Of a stretch of DNA of 45,079 bases, positions 1-7,960 are shown piece after piece. How positions within the stretch are numbered: the stretch's first letter is position 1; each line of letters begins with the position of its first letter. The stretch comes from Bacteroidota bacterium. GTDB taxonomy: Bacteria > Bacteroidota > Ignavibacteria > UBA10030 > UBA6906. The stretch is taken from contig JADLEA010000019.1 of assembly GCA_020846365.1 (NCBI GenBank), positions 1 through 45,079 of the forward strand, written 5' to 3'. The translations under genes were made by a program, and so were the position numbers. Below the pieces are notes generated by a model. The model had not been told where the DNA came from. It was given only the letters and a program-made list of their open reading frames with translations, and made no database searches.

Positions 1-1037
1 AGGTTGAACAAAAACGAAAGCAATGTGAACGTGGTCTTTGAATTGAGATCGTTATCTGCAATGTAAAACCAGGCGTCGCGGTATTCCACTTTCACCGCTG
101 CGTCCCGGGGCTCCGTGTTGCTGGTTTGAATGCGCATGACCTTGCCGGTCACCGCACCCCAGTCGAATCGCTTTCCGTCCGCCTGCCTCGTTACCGTGAC
201 TTTTCCCTGTTGTTCGTGGCGCTCCGGGACCTCGACGGATTGGGAAAGAAAGAACATCGTCGAGAGCAACGATCTTCCGGTAAGGGCTATCTCGTCACCC
301 GACGTGGCGGAGCCCCCTTCCGTGACGAGAAACCGGTCTCTGGCCGGATCCAGCCCGAGGAGCTCCTTGAACGCACCTGCAATGGAATCAGCATGAGGGC
401 CGCCGGTTCCGGGCAGCGAGAACACCAGAGACCGCCCGTCCGGACCCATGTCGATTTCCAGGTGCCGTTCGAGCTGCAATGCACGAAGTGCCCTGCTCAA
501 GCGCTGGAAGGGTTCGTATTCGGGGACATATTCCGGCGTGGGGCCTGAGGCGGCAACCGCATTCTCCACATTATTGATCCTCTGGACGCAGCAAAGCATC
601 AGGCGTTCGAAACTCCAGCCCGACTGCGAAAGCAGAAAGATCGTCGCGGGAGGAATAGGGGTCAACAGACGCTTCGCAAACTCCTCTCCCTGCAAGGGGC
701 TATAGGTAAGAGTGGGGGCAAGGACCACCTCGCCGGAAGCCCCGATTGAAGCATCGCCGACGTACTGAGGCGCGAGGGTAATCCCACCCCCGACGGATCC
801 AACGAATCTCATGCTTTGATACGCCACGACGTTTCCCAGCTCCAGGAACATCGGGTTGTCCCTGTAGCGCATGCGCACCAGGTTCAGGAGCATCTGCTCA
901 TCCCAGGAACGCATTGCTGTTCCATTGAGCTCGAAGCGGTTACGAATCAGGTTATCCTGATTGATGGTGGGCGCACAGCCGGCAATGATCAGCGCGCCGA
1001 TGAGTGCGGTTGAACTTCGCAGAGAGTATCGTCTCAT
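1..1037 (-). CDS. Lipoprotein of unknown function. The 3' end runs off the left edge, and the gene is absent from the supplied ORF track.
   Basis: My own reverse-strand translation from ATG 1037-1035 stays open for 345 codons down to position 1. It begins MRRYSLRSSTALIGALIIAGCAPT (signal peptide plus lipobox) and ends ...VEYRDAWFYIADNDLNSKTTFTLLSFLFN. I recognise no family. Confidence 0.55.
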   Translation of the reverse strand, partial: MRRYSLRSSTALIGALIIAGCAPTINQDNLIRNRFELNGTAMRSWDEQMLLNLVRMRYRDNPMFLELGNVVAYQSMRFVGSVGGGITLAPQYVGDASIGASGEVVLAPTLTYSPLQGEEFAKRLLTPIPPATIFLLSQSGWSFERLMLCCVQRINNVENAVAASGPTPEYVPEYEPFQRLSRALRALQLERHLEIDMGPDGRSLVFSLPGTGGPHADSIAGAFKELLGLDPARDRFLVTEGGSATSGDEIALTGRSLLSTMFFLSQSVEVPERHEQQGKVTVTRQADGKRFDWGAVTGKVMRIQTSNTEPRDAAVKVEYRDAWFYIADNDLNSKTTFTLLSFLFN

Positions 1038-1155
1038 GAAATGACCGGGAGAATCCTTGGTGAAATGAGAATCCCGCCGTTACGGCGGGCACGTTGGGGC
1101 CCTATGCCTAACAATGTTCGGCAAAGATTGCATCATTCTCAAGCGCAGGCGTTTT

Positions 1156-2115
1156 TTAGAAGGATCGGAAAAGCGGCTGGATACCCCTGGTCTCCTCCAG
1201 AATTCCCGTTCGTTCCGATGAGGTCAACGGCTGGAGATCCCCGGCCAGGTCCATGGCAAGGCGGAAATGCTGCAGATCTCCGGGAGGGATCGCCGAAGTA
1301 ACATCTTCACTCAGCGTGAAGCGCACCGCATTCTTCGCCTCCTGGAGGCTCTCAATGGGTTGGTACCAGGCCTTGGGATGGGTCCGCTTGCTCCCCTCCG
1401 GCCAGGGCCCCCGGGCAAGCATCTTCAGGGCGAGCCGGGCGACACCCTTCTTTTTGGCGCTCGCCATCACTGCCGGCCCGAAGTGTCCCTGGGCTGTGCA
1501 CACCATGTTGAAGGGAAACAGCACAGAGTCAAATGGAAACCGGTCCATCATCGCAATCGCCGCCTCTTCCGAGTGAGCTGAGAACCCGATGCATTTGATT
1601 CTTCCGTCAGCGCGCGCTTTCACAAACGTCTCCATTGCGCCACCTGCGGCAAAGATCCGATCCACATCGTCGAGCTGCGTAACGGCGTGGAATTGATAGA
1701 GATCCACGTGATCGGTCTTCAGTCTTTTCAGGGAGCGGACAAGCTCCCTCTCCGCCCCTTGAGCATCCCGTTCCATGGTTTTGCAGGCGAGAAACACTCC
1801 CTTCCGGAACGGCGCGAGGGCGGGCCCGAGCTTCTCTTCCGCCTCGCCGTTCCCGTACGACGGAGCAACGTCAAAGTAGTTCACCCCCCGGTCGATCGCC
1901 TCGGCCACGATCCGCCCGGACGAGCGAGGGGACTCTCCCATGAGGACGATCCCGCCGAAGCCGATGATGGACAGCTCCACGTCGTCATTGTAGCGGCGAC
2001 GCGGGAGCGGTTTTGCGGGGGAAACGGGAAGCATCGCACCCATCAGTTTCACCTCCCGGGATTTTCCGACGATGCCCGCAAGCACGGCCGCTGCAAGAAA
2101 CCTGCGACGTCTCAT
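1156..2115 (-). CDS. Aldo/keto reductase with a twin-arginine-like N-terminus
   Basis: 319-aa ORF with GGGAGG 8 nt upstream of ATG 2115. AKR-type body (GVNYFDVAPSYGNGEAE, HVDLYQFH). The N-terminus is MRRRRFLAAAVLAGIVG. Confidence 0.85.
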   Translation of the reverse strand: MRRRRFLAAAVLAGIVGKSREVKLMGAMLPVSPAKPLPRRRYNDDVELSIIGFGGIVLMGESPRSSGRIVAEAIDRGVNYFDVAPSYGNGEAEEKLGPALAPFRKGVFLACKTMERDAQGAERELVRSLKRLKTDHVDLYQFHAVTQLDDVDRIFAAGGAMETFVKARADGRIKCIGFSAHSEEAAIAMMDRFPFDSVLFPFNMVCTAQGHFGPAVMASAKKKGVARLALKMLARGPWPEGSKRTHPKAWYQPIESLQEAKNAVRFTLSEDVTSAIPPGDLQHFRLAMDLAGDLQPLTSSERTGILEETRGIQPLFRSF

Positions 2116-2158
2116 ACGTGGTCCCTCCCGCGTAGCACATCGACGGTCACCCCATGGC

Positions 2159-2362
2159 TTACGCCTTGAGGACGAAGGTCACCTTCATGTTCACGCGATA
2201 CTCTGTGATCCTGCCGTTCTCCACGACAACTTTCTGATCCTGTATCCAGGCGCCTTTGACATTCTCCAGCGTCTTGTTGGCCCTGATGATACCGACCTCG
2301 ATAGCGTCTTCAAAGCTCTTGGTCGATGAGGAGGTGATCTCTGTTACGCGGGCGACGGACAT
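2159..2362 (-). CDS. Dodecin-family flavin-binding protein
   Basis: 67-aa ORF, MSVARVTEITSSSTKSFEDAIEVGI...KVTFVLKA. Size and sequence pattern are typical of dodecins. Confidence 0.8.
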   Translation of the reverse strand: MSVARVTEITSSSTKSFEDAIEVGIIRANKTLENVKGAWIQDQKVVVENGRITEYRVNMKVTFVLKA

Positions 2363-2560
2363 GGTGGCGGTCCTTTCGATGTGAGTGCGGTGCTAGAGGG
2401 GAGCAGAGTATGTGCGAATCTACGCAGTCCGGGATCCAAACGCAAGGTGGCGCTTCCAGCGTACTGTACCTCCATGACGCACAGAGTGTGGAGCGTGGGG
2501 TTCTGCGCAGGGTGGCGCTTCCGGGGGGGGGAAACGAGGATTGGCGTACAGCAGTACGCT

Positions 2561-3244
2561 TCAGGAGTAGTACCGCTCGCACTCCTTTTCCCTCCCCCGT
2601 ATCACCCGCCGTCCTTTCAGCGTCCCCCGGGATTCCGTCACAACGGTGCACTGATTCTCCCGCTCTCCCTTTGCATAGTACACCACCACCCAATCACCGG
2701 TCTTGTCGAGTTTGTGCGCCGTGGCCGTATTGGAAAACATCACGGTGAACTTGAATCCCTTCTGTTCCCTGACCAGAATCGGAAGCCACGCTTTCTTCTC
2801 AGGATTCAACTGCCGGGGCGCAATCTTCTTGAGTCTTCCTGCGGATGCCGACTTCCGGTATTCCTCGTCAATCTCCAGAATCGTGCCCACCGGCAAGAGC
2901 ACCGGTTTGGCAAACGTATGGTCCGCCTTCCGGTCTTTCGCTTCCTTCAGCTTCTCCGCAGGCGTTTCTTTCTCCAGCGTCCGCAGCAATTCCACTTCGC
3001 CCGTCTCGACATACTCGCGGATTAAGCCGGCAAGTTTCTCTCCCACTCCTTTCACGCCCGACAAGCCCTCCACCCCTTTCGATTCCACCAACTTCGCGAG
3101 GGGGCTCCGCGCAGATTTCACTGAGCTAGCGGCGGTGCGATAGCTGCGGATTCTGAACGGGTTTTCTCCCCCGGCATCGAGGAGGTCAGCTATGCGCTCC
3201 AGAAGGGCAGCAATGTCTTTGTTCGATGGAGGTGTTCGTGGCAT
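2561..3244 (-). CDS. Helix-hairpin-helix DNA-binding protein (PolX N-terminal-like domain only)
   Basis: 227 aa. The N-terminal stretch NKDIAALLERIADLLD...NPFRIRSYRTAA...GVKGVGEKLAGLIREY resembles the HhH N-terminus of family-X polymerases. No polymerase or PHP domain follows it. Confidence 0.65.
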   Translation of the reverse strand: MPRTPPSNKDIAALLERIADLLDAGGENPFRIRSYRTAASSVKSARSPLAKLVESKGVEGLSGVKGVGEKLAGLIREYVETGEVELLRTLEKETPAEKLKEAKDRKADHTFAKPVLLPVGTILEIDEEYRKSASAGRLKKIAPRQLNPEKKAWLPILVREQKGFKFTVMFSNTATAHKLDKTGDWVVVYYAKGERENQCTVVTESRGTLKGRRVIRGREKECERYYS

Positions 3245-3330
3245 ACGTCACCTGATGAAGATGGCATGGTGCTCATACCGCTCCCTGCCTGATTCCGGCC
3301 TCGCGGCGCGCGGTAGCGACTCCGTGTGCA

Positions 3331-4716
3331 CTATTCCGGTTGCGCGATTGCAGCGGCACGCGACGTTGTTGGTTCGCGCTCAACCCCGGCGCTCGTCCCC
3401 GTTGAGCTCTCAGGACCACGCATGTCCCGTGCGTCGAGATTCGGCATGATGAGCCGCACCGCTCGTTCGTAAAGGAAGTAGTCCCACGCCCAGTTGATGA
3501 GAACCAGAATCCTATTCCGAAATCCAATCAGCTTTGCCAGGTGCACGCTCAGCCACGTCAGCCACGCGGGAAATCCCGTGAGCGAGAGCTTTCCGACGCG
3601 GGCCACGGCCGCATTCCTTCCGATCGTGACCATGGCGCCCGGATCCCGGTAGCGGAACGGGATCGGTTCCCGTCCGCTGATTTGCCGTGCGATGTTGCGT
3701 GCAGCATGCACTCCCTGTTGAATCGCAACCGGCGCAATCATCGGAAGAGGTTGACCGTCCTTCATCCCCAGGGCGAGATCGCCGACAACATAGATGTTTG
3801 GGTGTTGAGCAAGTTGAAGTGTGGGAAGGACCTCAACGCGTCCATTGCGGGCAGTGGTCATTCCCCAATCTCTCGCGAGGGGGTCTCCGCGCACACCAGC
3901 CGTCCACACGGCCGTTTCGGTTGGCAGCACCGTGCCATCGCTCAGAAGCACATCCGTGTTCGTGATCCGTTGCACATTCGCCCGCAGGCGCACATCAACG
4001 CCCATTTGCTGGAGCCGCGTCCGTGCGTACGTTCTGAGACGCTCCGGGAAATCGGCGAGAAGGGTGTTGGTCGCTTCAAGGAGCACGACCCTCACCGACG
4101 CGAGATCCATATGCCGGTAGTCCTTTGCGAGCGGCCCCCGGACAAGTTCGGCAAGTGCGCCTGCAAATTCAACACCTGTGGGCCCGCCTCCCACGATCAC
4201 AAATGTCAGCATCCGTCTCCTCGCCTCCGGGTCCTTCGTATGCATCGCGTGTTCGAACCGGCGCAGGATGTGGTTGCGCAGTGCCAGCCCCTGATCCACA
4301 TCTTTGAGGAGGAATGCATGCTGTGACGCCCCGGCCACGCCGTAGAAATTCGTCACGCTCCCCGTGGCCAGAATCAGGTAGTCGAAAGGTATGGTAGCGT
4401 GATCGGTCACCACCGCCCTCCGGTCAAAGTCCACCCTCTGCACGGTGGCCAGGCAGAACTCCGCGTTTCGGATGCGTCGGACGATGCTGCGCACGGGGTA
4501 GACGATATCTCCCGCACTCACCTCCGCCGCCGCTACCTGGTAGAGGAGCGGGGAGAACATGTGGTAGTTGTTGCGGTCCAGCAGGATCGACCGAACCGGC
4601 GAACGACCAAGTGCGCGCATTGCCCAGAGTCCGCCGAATCCCGCGCCCACAATGACGACGCGGGGTCGATGAGAAGAGTCTCCAAAGGTTTGTCCCCCGT
4701 TGCTTCTATTGCTCAT
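3331..4716 (-). CDS. ndh: Type II NADH:quinone oxidoreductase (NDH-2) / FAD-dependent pyridine nucleotide-disulfide oxidoreductase
   Basis: 461 aa with two dinucleotide-binding folds (VVIVGAGFGGLWA and FVIVGGGPTGVEFAG) and an amphipathic C-terminus typical of NDH-2. Confidence 0.88.
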   Translation of the reverse strand: MSNRSNGGQTFGDSSHRPRVVIVGAGFGGLWAMRALGRSPVRSILLDRNNYHMFSPLLYQVAAAEVSAGDIVYPVRSIVRRIRNAEFCLATVQRVDFDRRAVVTDHATIPFDYLILATGSVTNFYGVAGASQHAFLLKDVDQGLALRNHILRRFEHAMHTKDPEARRRMLTFVIVGGGPTGVEFAGALAELVRGPLAKDYRHMDLASVRVVLLEATNTLLADFPERLRTYARTRLQQMGVDVRLRANVQRITNTDVLLSDGTVLPTETAVWTAGVRGDPLARDWGMTTARNGRVEVLPTLQLAQHPNIYVVGDLALGMKDGQPLPMIAPVAIQQGVHAARNIARQISGREPIPFRYRDPGAMVTIGRNAAVARVGKLSLTGFPAWLTWLSVHLAKLIGFRNRILVLINWAWDYFLYERAVRLIMPNLDARDMRGPESSTGTSAGVEREPTTSRAAAIAQPE

Positions 4717-4970
4717 GGTCTTCCAGCCGTCTCGTTCCGGATTCCGCAGCGATTCATTCGCATGGACATATCATGATGAGACCGGGACGAGGTCTCATCT
4801 TTTAGAACGAATTCCCAGGCAGACAAGTTCTCGGACGAAGGGGAAAGCCCGGCAGCGGCTCGCCACCCTGGGAAAATGTGCCGACGCGGCGCATTCGGCG
4901 CACCACGTACGGCGCAGCAGACGCTCCGGCGGTTGATTGTGAATCCTGCAATTCGTATGATGTCCTGGAG

Positions 4971-5318
4971 ATGCTTACTTTGTTCGCTCAATATGGAATC
5001 CGCCCTGCGGGATTTCTCCTTGCCATGGTCTTTCTCACCTCCCTGGTGTGGTGCGGAGATGCAGGATGCTGGTCGGGCAGAGGCGACGATGGCTGTGCAT
5101 CACTTGTCTGCGCGCTTCTCGTCGGCCATGACCATCAGGACACGGATCGCGCTGGCGCCGCCTCCTCAGAGTGTCACTGCGTCTGCCACATCCCCACTGT
5201 TCCCGGAGATTGGTATCACGCCGGGAACGACATGAGGGCGCAGGTGACCGGCTTTGTCTTCAATTCTTTCTCGCCACACTCCCCCTGCCGTTCGATCTAC
5301 CATCCCCCCAAAGGATAG
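4971..5318 (+). CDS. Small Cys/His-rich membrane protein (DUF6660-like, recognised from memory) upstream of the metal efflux operon
   Basis: This is the internal ATG of track ORF 4878..5318. The product has an N-terminal hydrophobic helix ending in WCGDAGC, a central HDHQDTD...SECHCVCH cluster and a C-terminal SIYHPPKG. The start is uncertain (4971 or 5025). Confidence 0.4.
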   Translation: MLTLFAQYGIRPAGFLLAMVFLTSLVWCGDAGCWSGRGDDGCASLVCALLVGHDHQDTDRAGAASSECHCVCHIPTVPGDWYHAGNDMRAQVTGFVFNSFSPHSPCRSIYHPPKG

Positions 5319-5477
5319 CGTTACTCCTCTAGCTCGACGTACCTCTGCCTGCATACACCATGGTGTTTTTGCGGCACGTCGGCGAACCTGAAATAGTGTT
5401 GCATTGCCGGCTGACGCAGATCCTGCTCTCACCTGGATCTCAGCCGGGTTATCCACTCAAGTTCAGAGAGGTTCATT

Positions 5478-6731
5478 GTGGACAGATGCATGTCACTCAT
5501 GGGAGCGCTCTTCCTGTTCTGCCATGGCCTTGTGGTAGCGCAATCCGTCGAACGGCTCTCCCTCCAGCAGGCGATCACGATCGCCCTTCAGCAGAATCCG
5601 GAGATCACGAGCGCGCAACAGGCCGTGGATGCGGCGCGCGGACGGTTCTGGCAGGGAGTCTCACTCCCACCACCGTCCCTCGCACTCGGGTACGACTATA
5701 TCCCCACGGGAAGCGGCATTGCGGCCTACGGCGAACGATTCGTCGGGATCAGTCAATCTTTCGACTTCCCCACGACAATTGCGCTCCGCGGCTCGTCGTT
5801 GTCCAGTGACATCGATGCAGCCACGGAAGATGCGCGATCGACCTCGCATCTCATCGTCATGCAGACAAAACACGCATACTTCTCGGTGCTGGCCAGACAG
5901 GAAAAGCTCAGGCTGGCAGAAGAAAACGTTCAGGTGGCAGAGGACTTCGCCCGTAAAGCCGGCATCCGTCTGCATGTCGGAGAAGGGACCAATCTGGAAC
6001 AACTCACCGCAACGGTGCAACTGACTCAATCCCGGAATGACGTGGAGTCGGCGAAGAACCAGCTCCGGATCGCCATGAGCGAACTCACTCTGGTCCTGGG
6101 CGGAGCGAAAGCCCGCCTGGATCAGGAATACATCCTGACCGACACGTTGTCGCACATGCCAATAGTGCTCTCCCTCGAGTCGCTTTCAGAGCACGCTCGC
6201 GACGCCAATCCCGTGCTGAGGTCTTCGCGGTTCAAGCTCGAGGCGGCCTCCACAAGACGCACGATTGCCTGGTCAGGCCTCCTGCCGAGTTTTACGCTCT
6301 CGTATGCCCGCCAGAAGCAGGGGGCTAACGCTGACCTGTACGGGGTCGCACTTGAGGTCTCGGTGCCGATCTGGTTCCTGTTCGATCAACGCGGCCGGAT
6401 TCAGGAGGCGTCCGCGGAGTATGCAGGCCTGGATGCCGCGCTCACGTCACAACAACGGAGCGTGAGCCTCGCCGTCAAGAACGCGTACCTTGAGTTCACC
6501 GATGGCGAGCGGCAGGTCCGGCTCTACGACACAGCTCTGCTTCCCCAGGCCAGAGAGGTGTACCGGGCGGCAGCGGCGAGTTTTCAAGCCGGGGAGATCA
6601 GCTACCTCGAGTTTCTCCAGGCGCGCCAGACGTTGATCTCCGTGCGCGGCGCGTATATTGACGCACTGTTTCGCTACAACGCCTCTCTTGCCCGACTGGA
6701 ATACACGGTCGGCAGCCCGCTTGGCGAATAG
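5478..6731 (+). CDS. TolC/CzcC-family outer membrane efflux protein
   Basis: 417 aa with a signal peptide (LFLFCHGLVVAQS) and an outer-membrane-factor (OMF) type coiled-coil/beta-barrel sequence. It is the first gene of a C-B-A efflux operon. Start is GTG 5478 (GAGAGG upstream) or ATG 5490. Confidence 0.85.
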   Translation: MDRCMSLMGALFLFCHGLVVAQSVERLSLQQAITIALQQNPEITSAQQAVDAARGRFWQGVSLPPPSLALGYDYIPTGSGIAAYGERFVGISQSFDFPTTIALRGSSLSSDIDAATEDARSTSHLIVMQTKHAYFSVLARQEKLRLAEENVQVAEDFARKAGIRLHVGEGTNLEQLTATVQLTQSRNDVESAKNQLRIAMSELTLVLGGAKARLDQEYILTDTLSHMPIVLSLESLSEHARDANPVLRSSRFKLEAASTRRTIAWSGLLPSFTLSYARQKQGANADLYGVALEVSVPIWFLFDQRGRIQEASAEYAGLDAALTSQQRSVSLAVKNAYLEFTDGERQVRLYDTALLPQAREVYRAAAASFQAGEISYLEFLQARQTLISVRGAYIDALFRYNASLARLEYTVGSPLGE

Positions 6732-6761
6732 GACCAACACCACAGCATAAGGTGCACAGCG

Positions 6762-7958
6762 ATGCGACATCACTTGCGTTACCTCCCCGCGCTCCTGACA
6801 CTGACGTCTCTTGTTCTGACAGGCTGCAACGACGGACAGAAGGAACCGGGATCGGGAGAGGCCGATGCTCCCGAACACCATGAACACGTGATCACGCTGA
6901 CAAGGGAAGCCACGAACGCCATGGGGCTGCGCTCGATGGTGGTGGAAGAGAAACCACTTATCGGGCACATGACCCTCCCGGCGACTCTGGTTCCCAACCA
7001 GGACCTCGAAGCGCAGGTGGGCTCGCTCGTCCAGGGAAGAGTCCGGGAAGTATTCGTAACGGTCGGAGCCATGGTGAAAGAACACCAGGAGCTCATGCGG
7101 ATAGAAGGACTTGAAGTCGGCCAGATCAAATCCAATTTCATCAAGGCGAAGGCGCAGCTCTCGTACGCCGAGGCCGCCTACGAGCGCCAGAAGACCTTGT
7201 TGGCAGAAAAGGTCGGATCACAGAAAACGTACCTCGAGGCCCAGGCAGAATATAACAAGGCGTTGGCCGAATTCGATGCCGAAGACAAACGTATTCACTC
7301 TATCGGCTTGAGCGATGCGGACGTCCTGACCTTCGTGGAGGACGGCTCTTCAGAACCGAAAAGCCACACCGGAGGCGTGCTGCCGATAAAGGCCCCGATA
7401 GCGGGAACCGTTGTCGAACGGAACGTCGTCATCGGCCAGCTGGTGGATGCATCCACGACGGCCTTCAGGATCATCAACACTTCCACGCTCTGGGCGGACG
7501 GACGCGCGTATGAGAGTGATCTCCCCGCCCTCGCACAACGTCCGAACGTGACACTCACCGTCACGGCGTTTCCGGGCGAGGAGTTCACGGGGAAGGTCAT
7601 CTATATCGCTCCCATCGTAGATCCGCAAAGCAGAACGATCACCGTCCGTGCGGCGATCCCCAACCGGGGCGGGCGTCTCAAACCACAGATGTTCGGCGAG
7701 TTGCGCATTTCGACGCAGGGCAACGTGACCGGGATTCTGGTCCCGGCCGAGGCCGTCCAGCGGGACGGCACGGTTTCCTACGTGTTCATCGCAACCAGTG
7801 ACACGACGTTCGAACGGCGGGATATCCAGATCGGCACCGCCCTGCAAACCATGCTTTCGGTGAGGCAGGGCGTCCGCGCTGGTGAACGGATCGTCACCAA
7901 CGGATCGTTTCAGCTCAAGTCCGAGCTCATGAAAGAGACTCTCGAGGAAGGAGAGTAG
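6762..7958 (+). CDS. Efflux RND periplasmic adaptor (CzcB/HlyD family) lipoprotein
   Basis: 398 aa with lipobox LVLTGC and a membrane-fusion-protein architecture. There is a 2-nt gap to the downstream RND pump gene. Confidence 0.9.
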   Translation: MRHHLRYLPALLTLTSLVLTGCNDGQKEPGSGEADAPEHHEHVITLTREATNAMGLRSMVVEEKPLIGHMTLPATLVPNQDLEAQVGSLVQGRVREVFVTVGAMVKEHQELMRIEGLEVGQIKSNFIKAKAQLSYAEAAYERQKTLLAEKVGSQKTYLEAQAEYNKALAEFDAEDKRIHSIGLSDADVLTFVEDGSSEPKSHTGGVLPIKAPIAGTVVERNVVIGQLVDASTTAFRIINTSTLWADGRAYESDLPALAQRPNVTLTVTAFPGEEFTGKVIYIAPIVDPQSRTITVRAAIPNRGGRLKPQMFGELRISTQGNVTGILVPAEAVQRDGTVSYVFIATSDTTFERRDIQIGTALQTMLSVRQGVRAGERIVTNGSFQLKSELMKETLEEGE

Positions 7959-7960
7959 CT

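Noticed and set aside
3331-4716. NDH-2 as a dedicated electron donor for Nar (analogous to Thermus Nrc)
   Set aside because: It lies 22-39 kb away from the nar-act block and is separated from it by several unrelated operons and terminators. There is no positional support.
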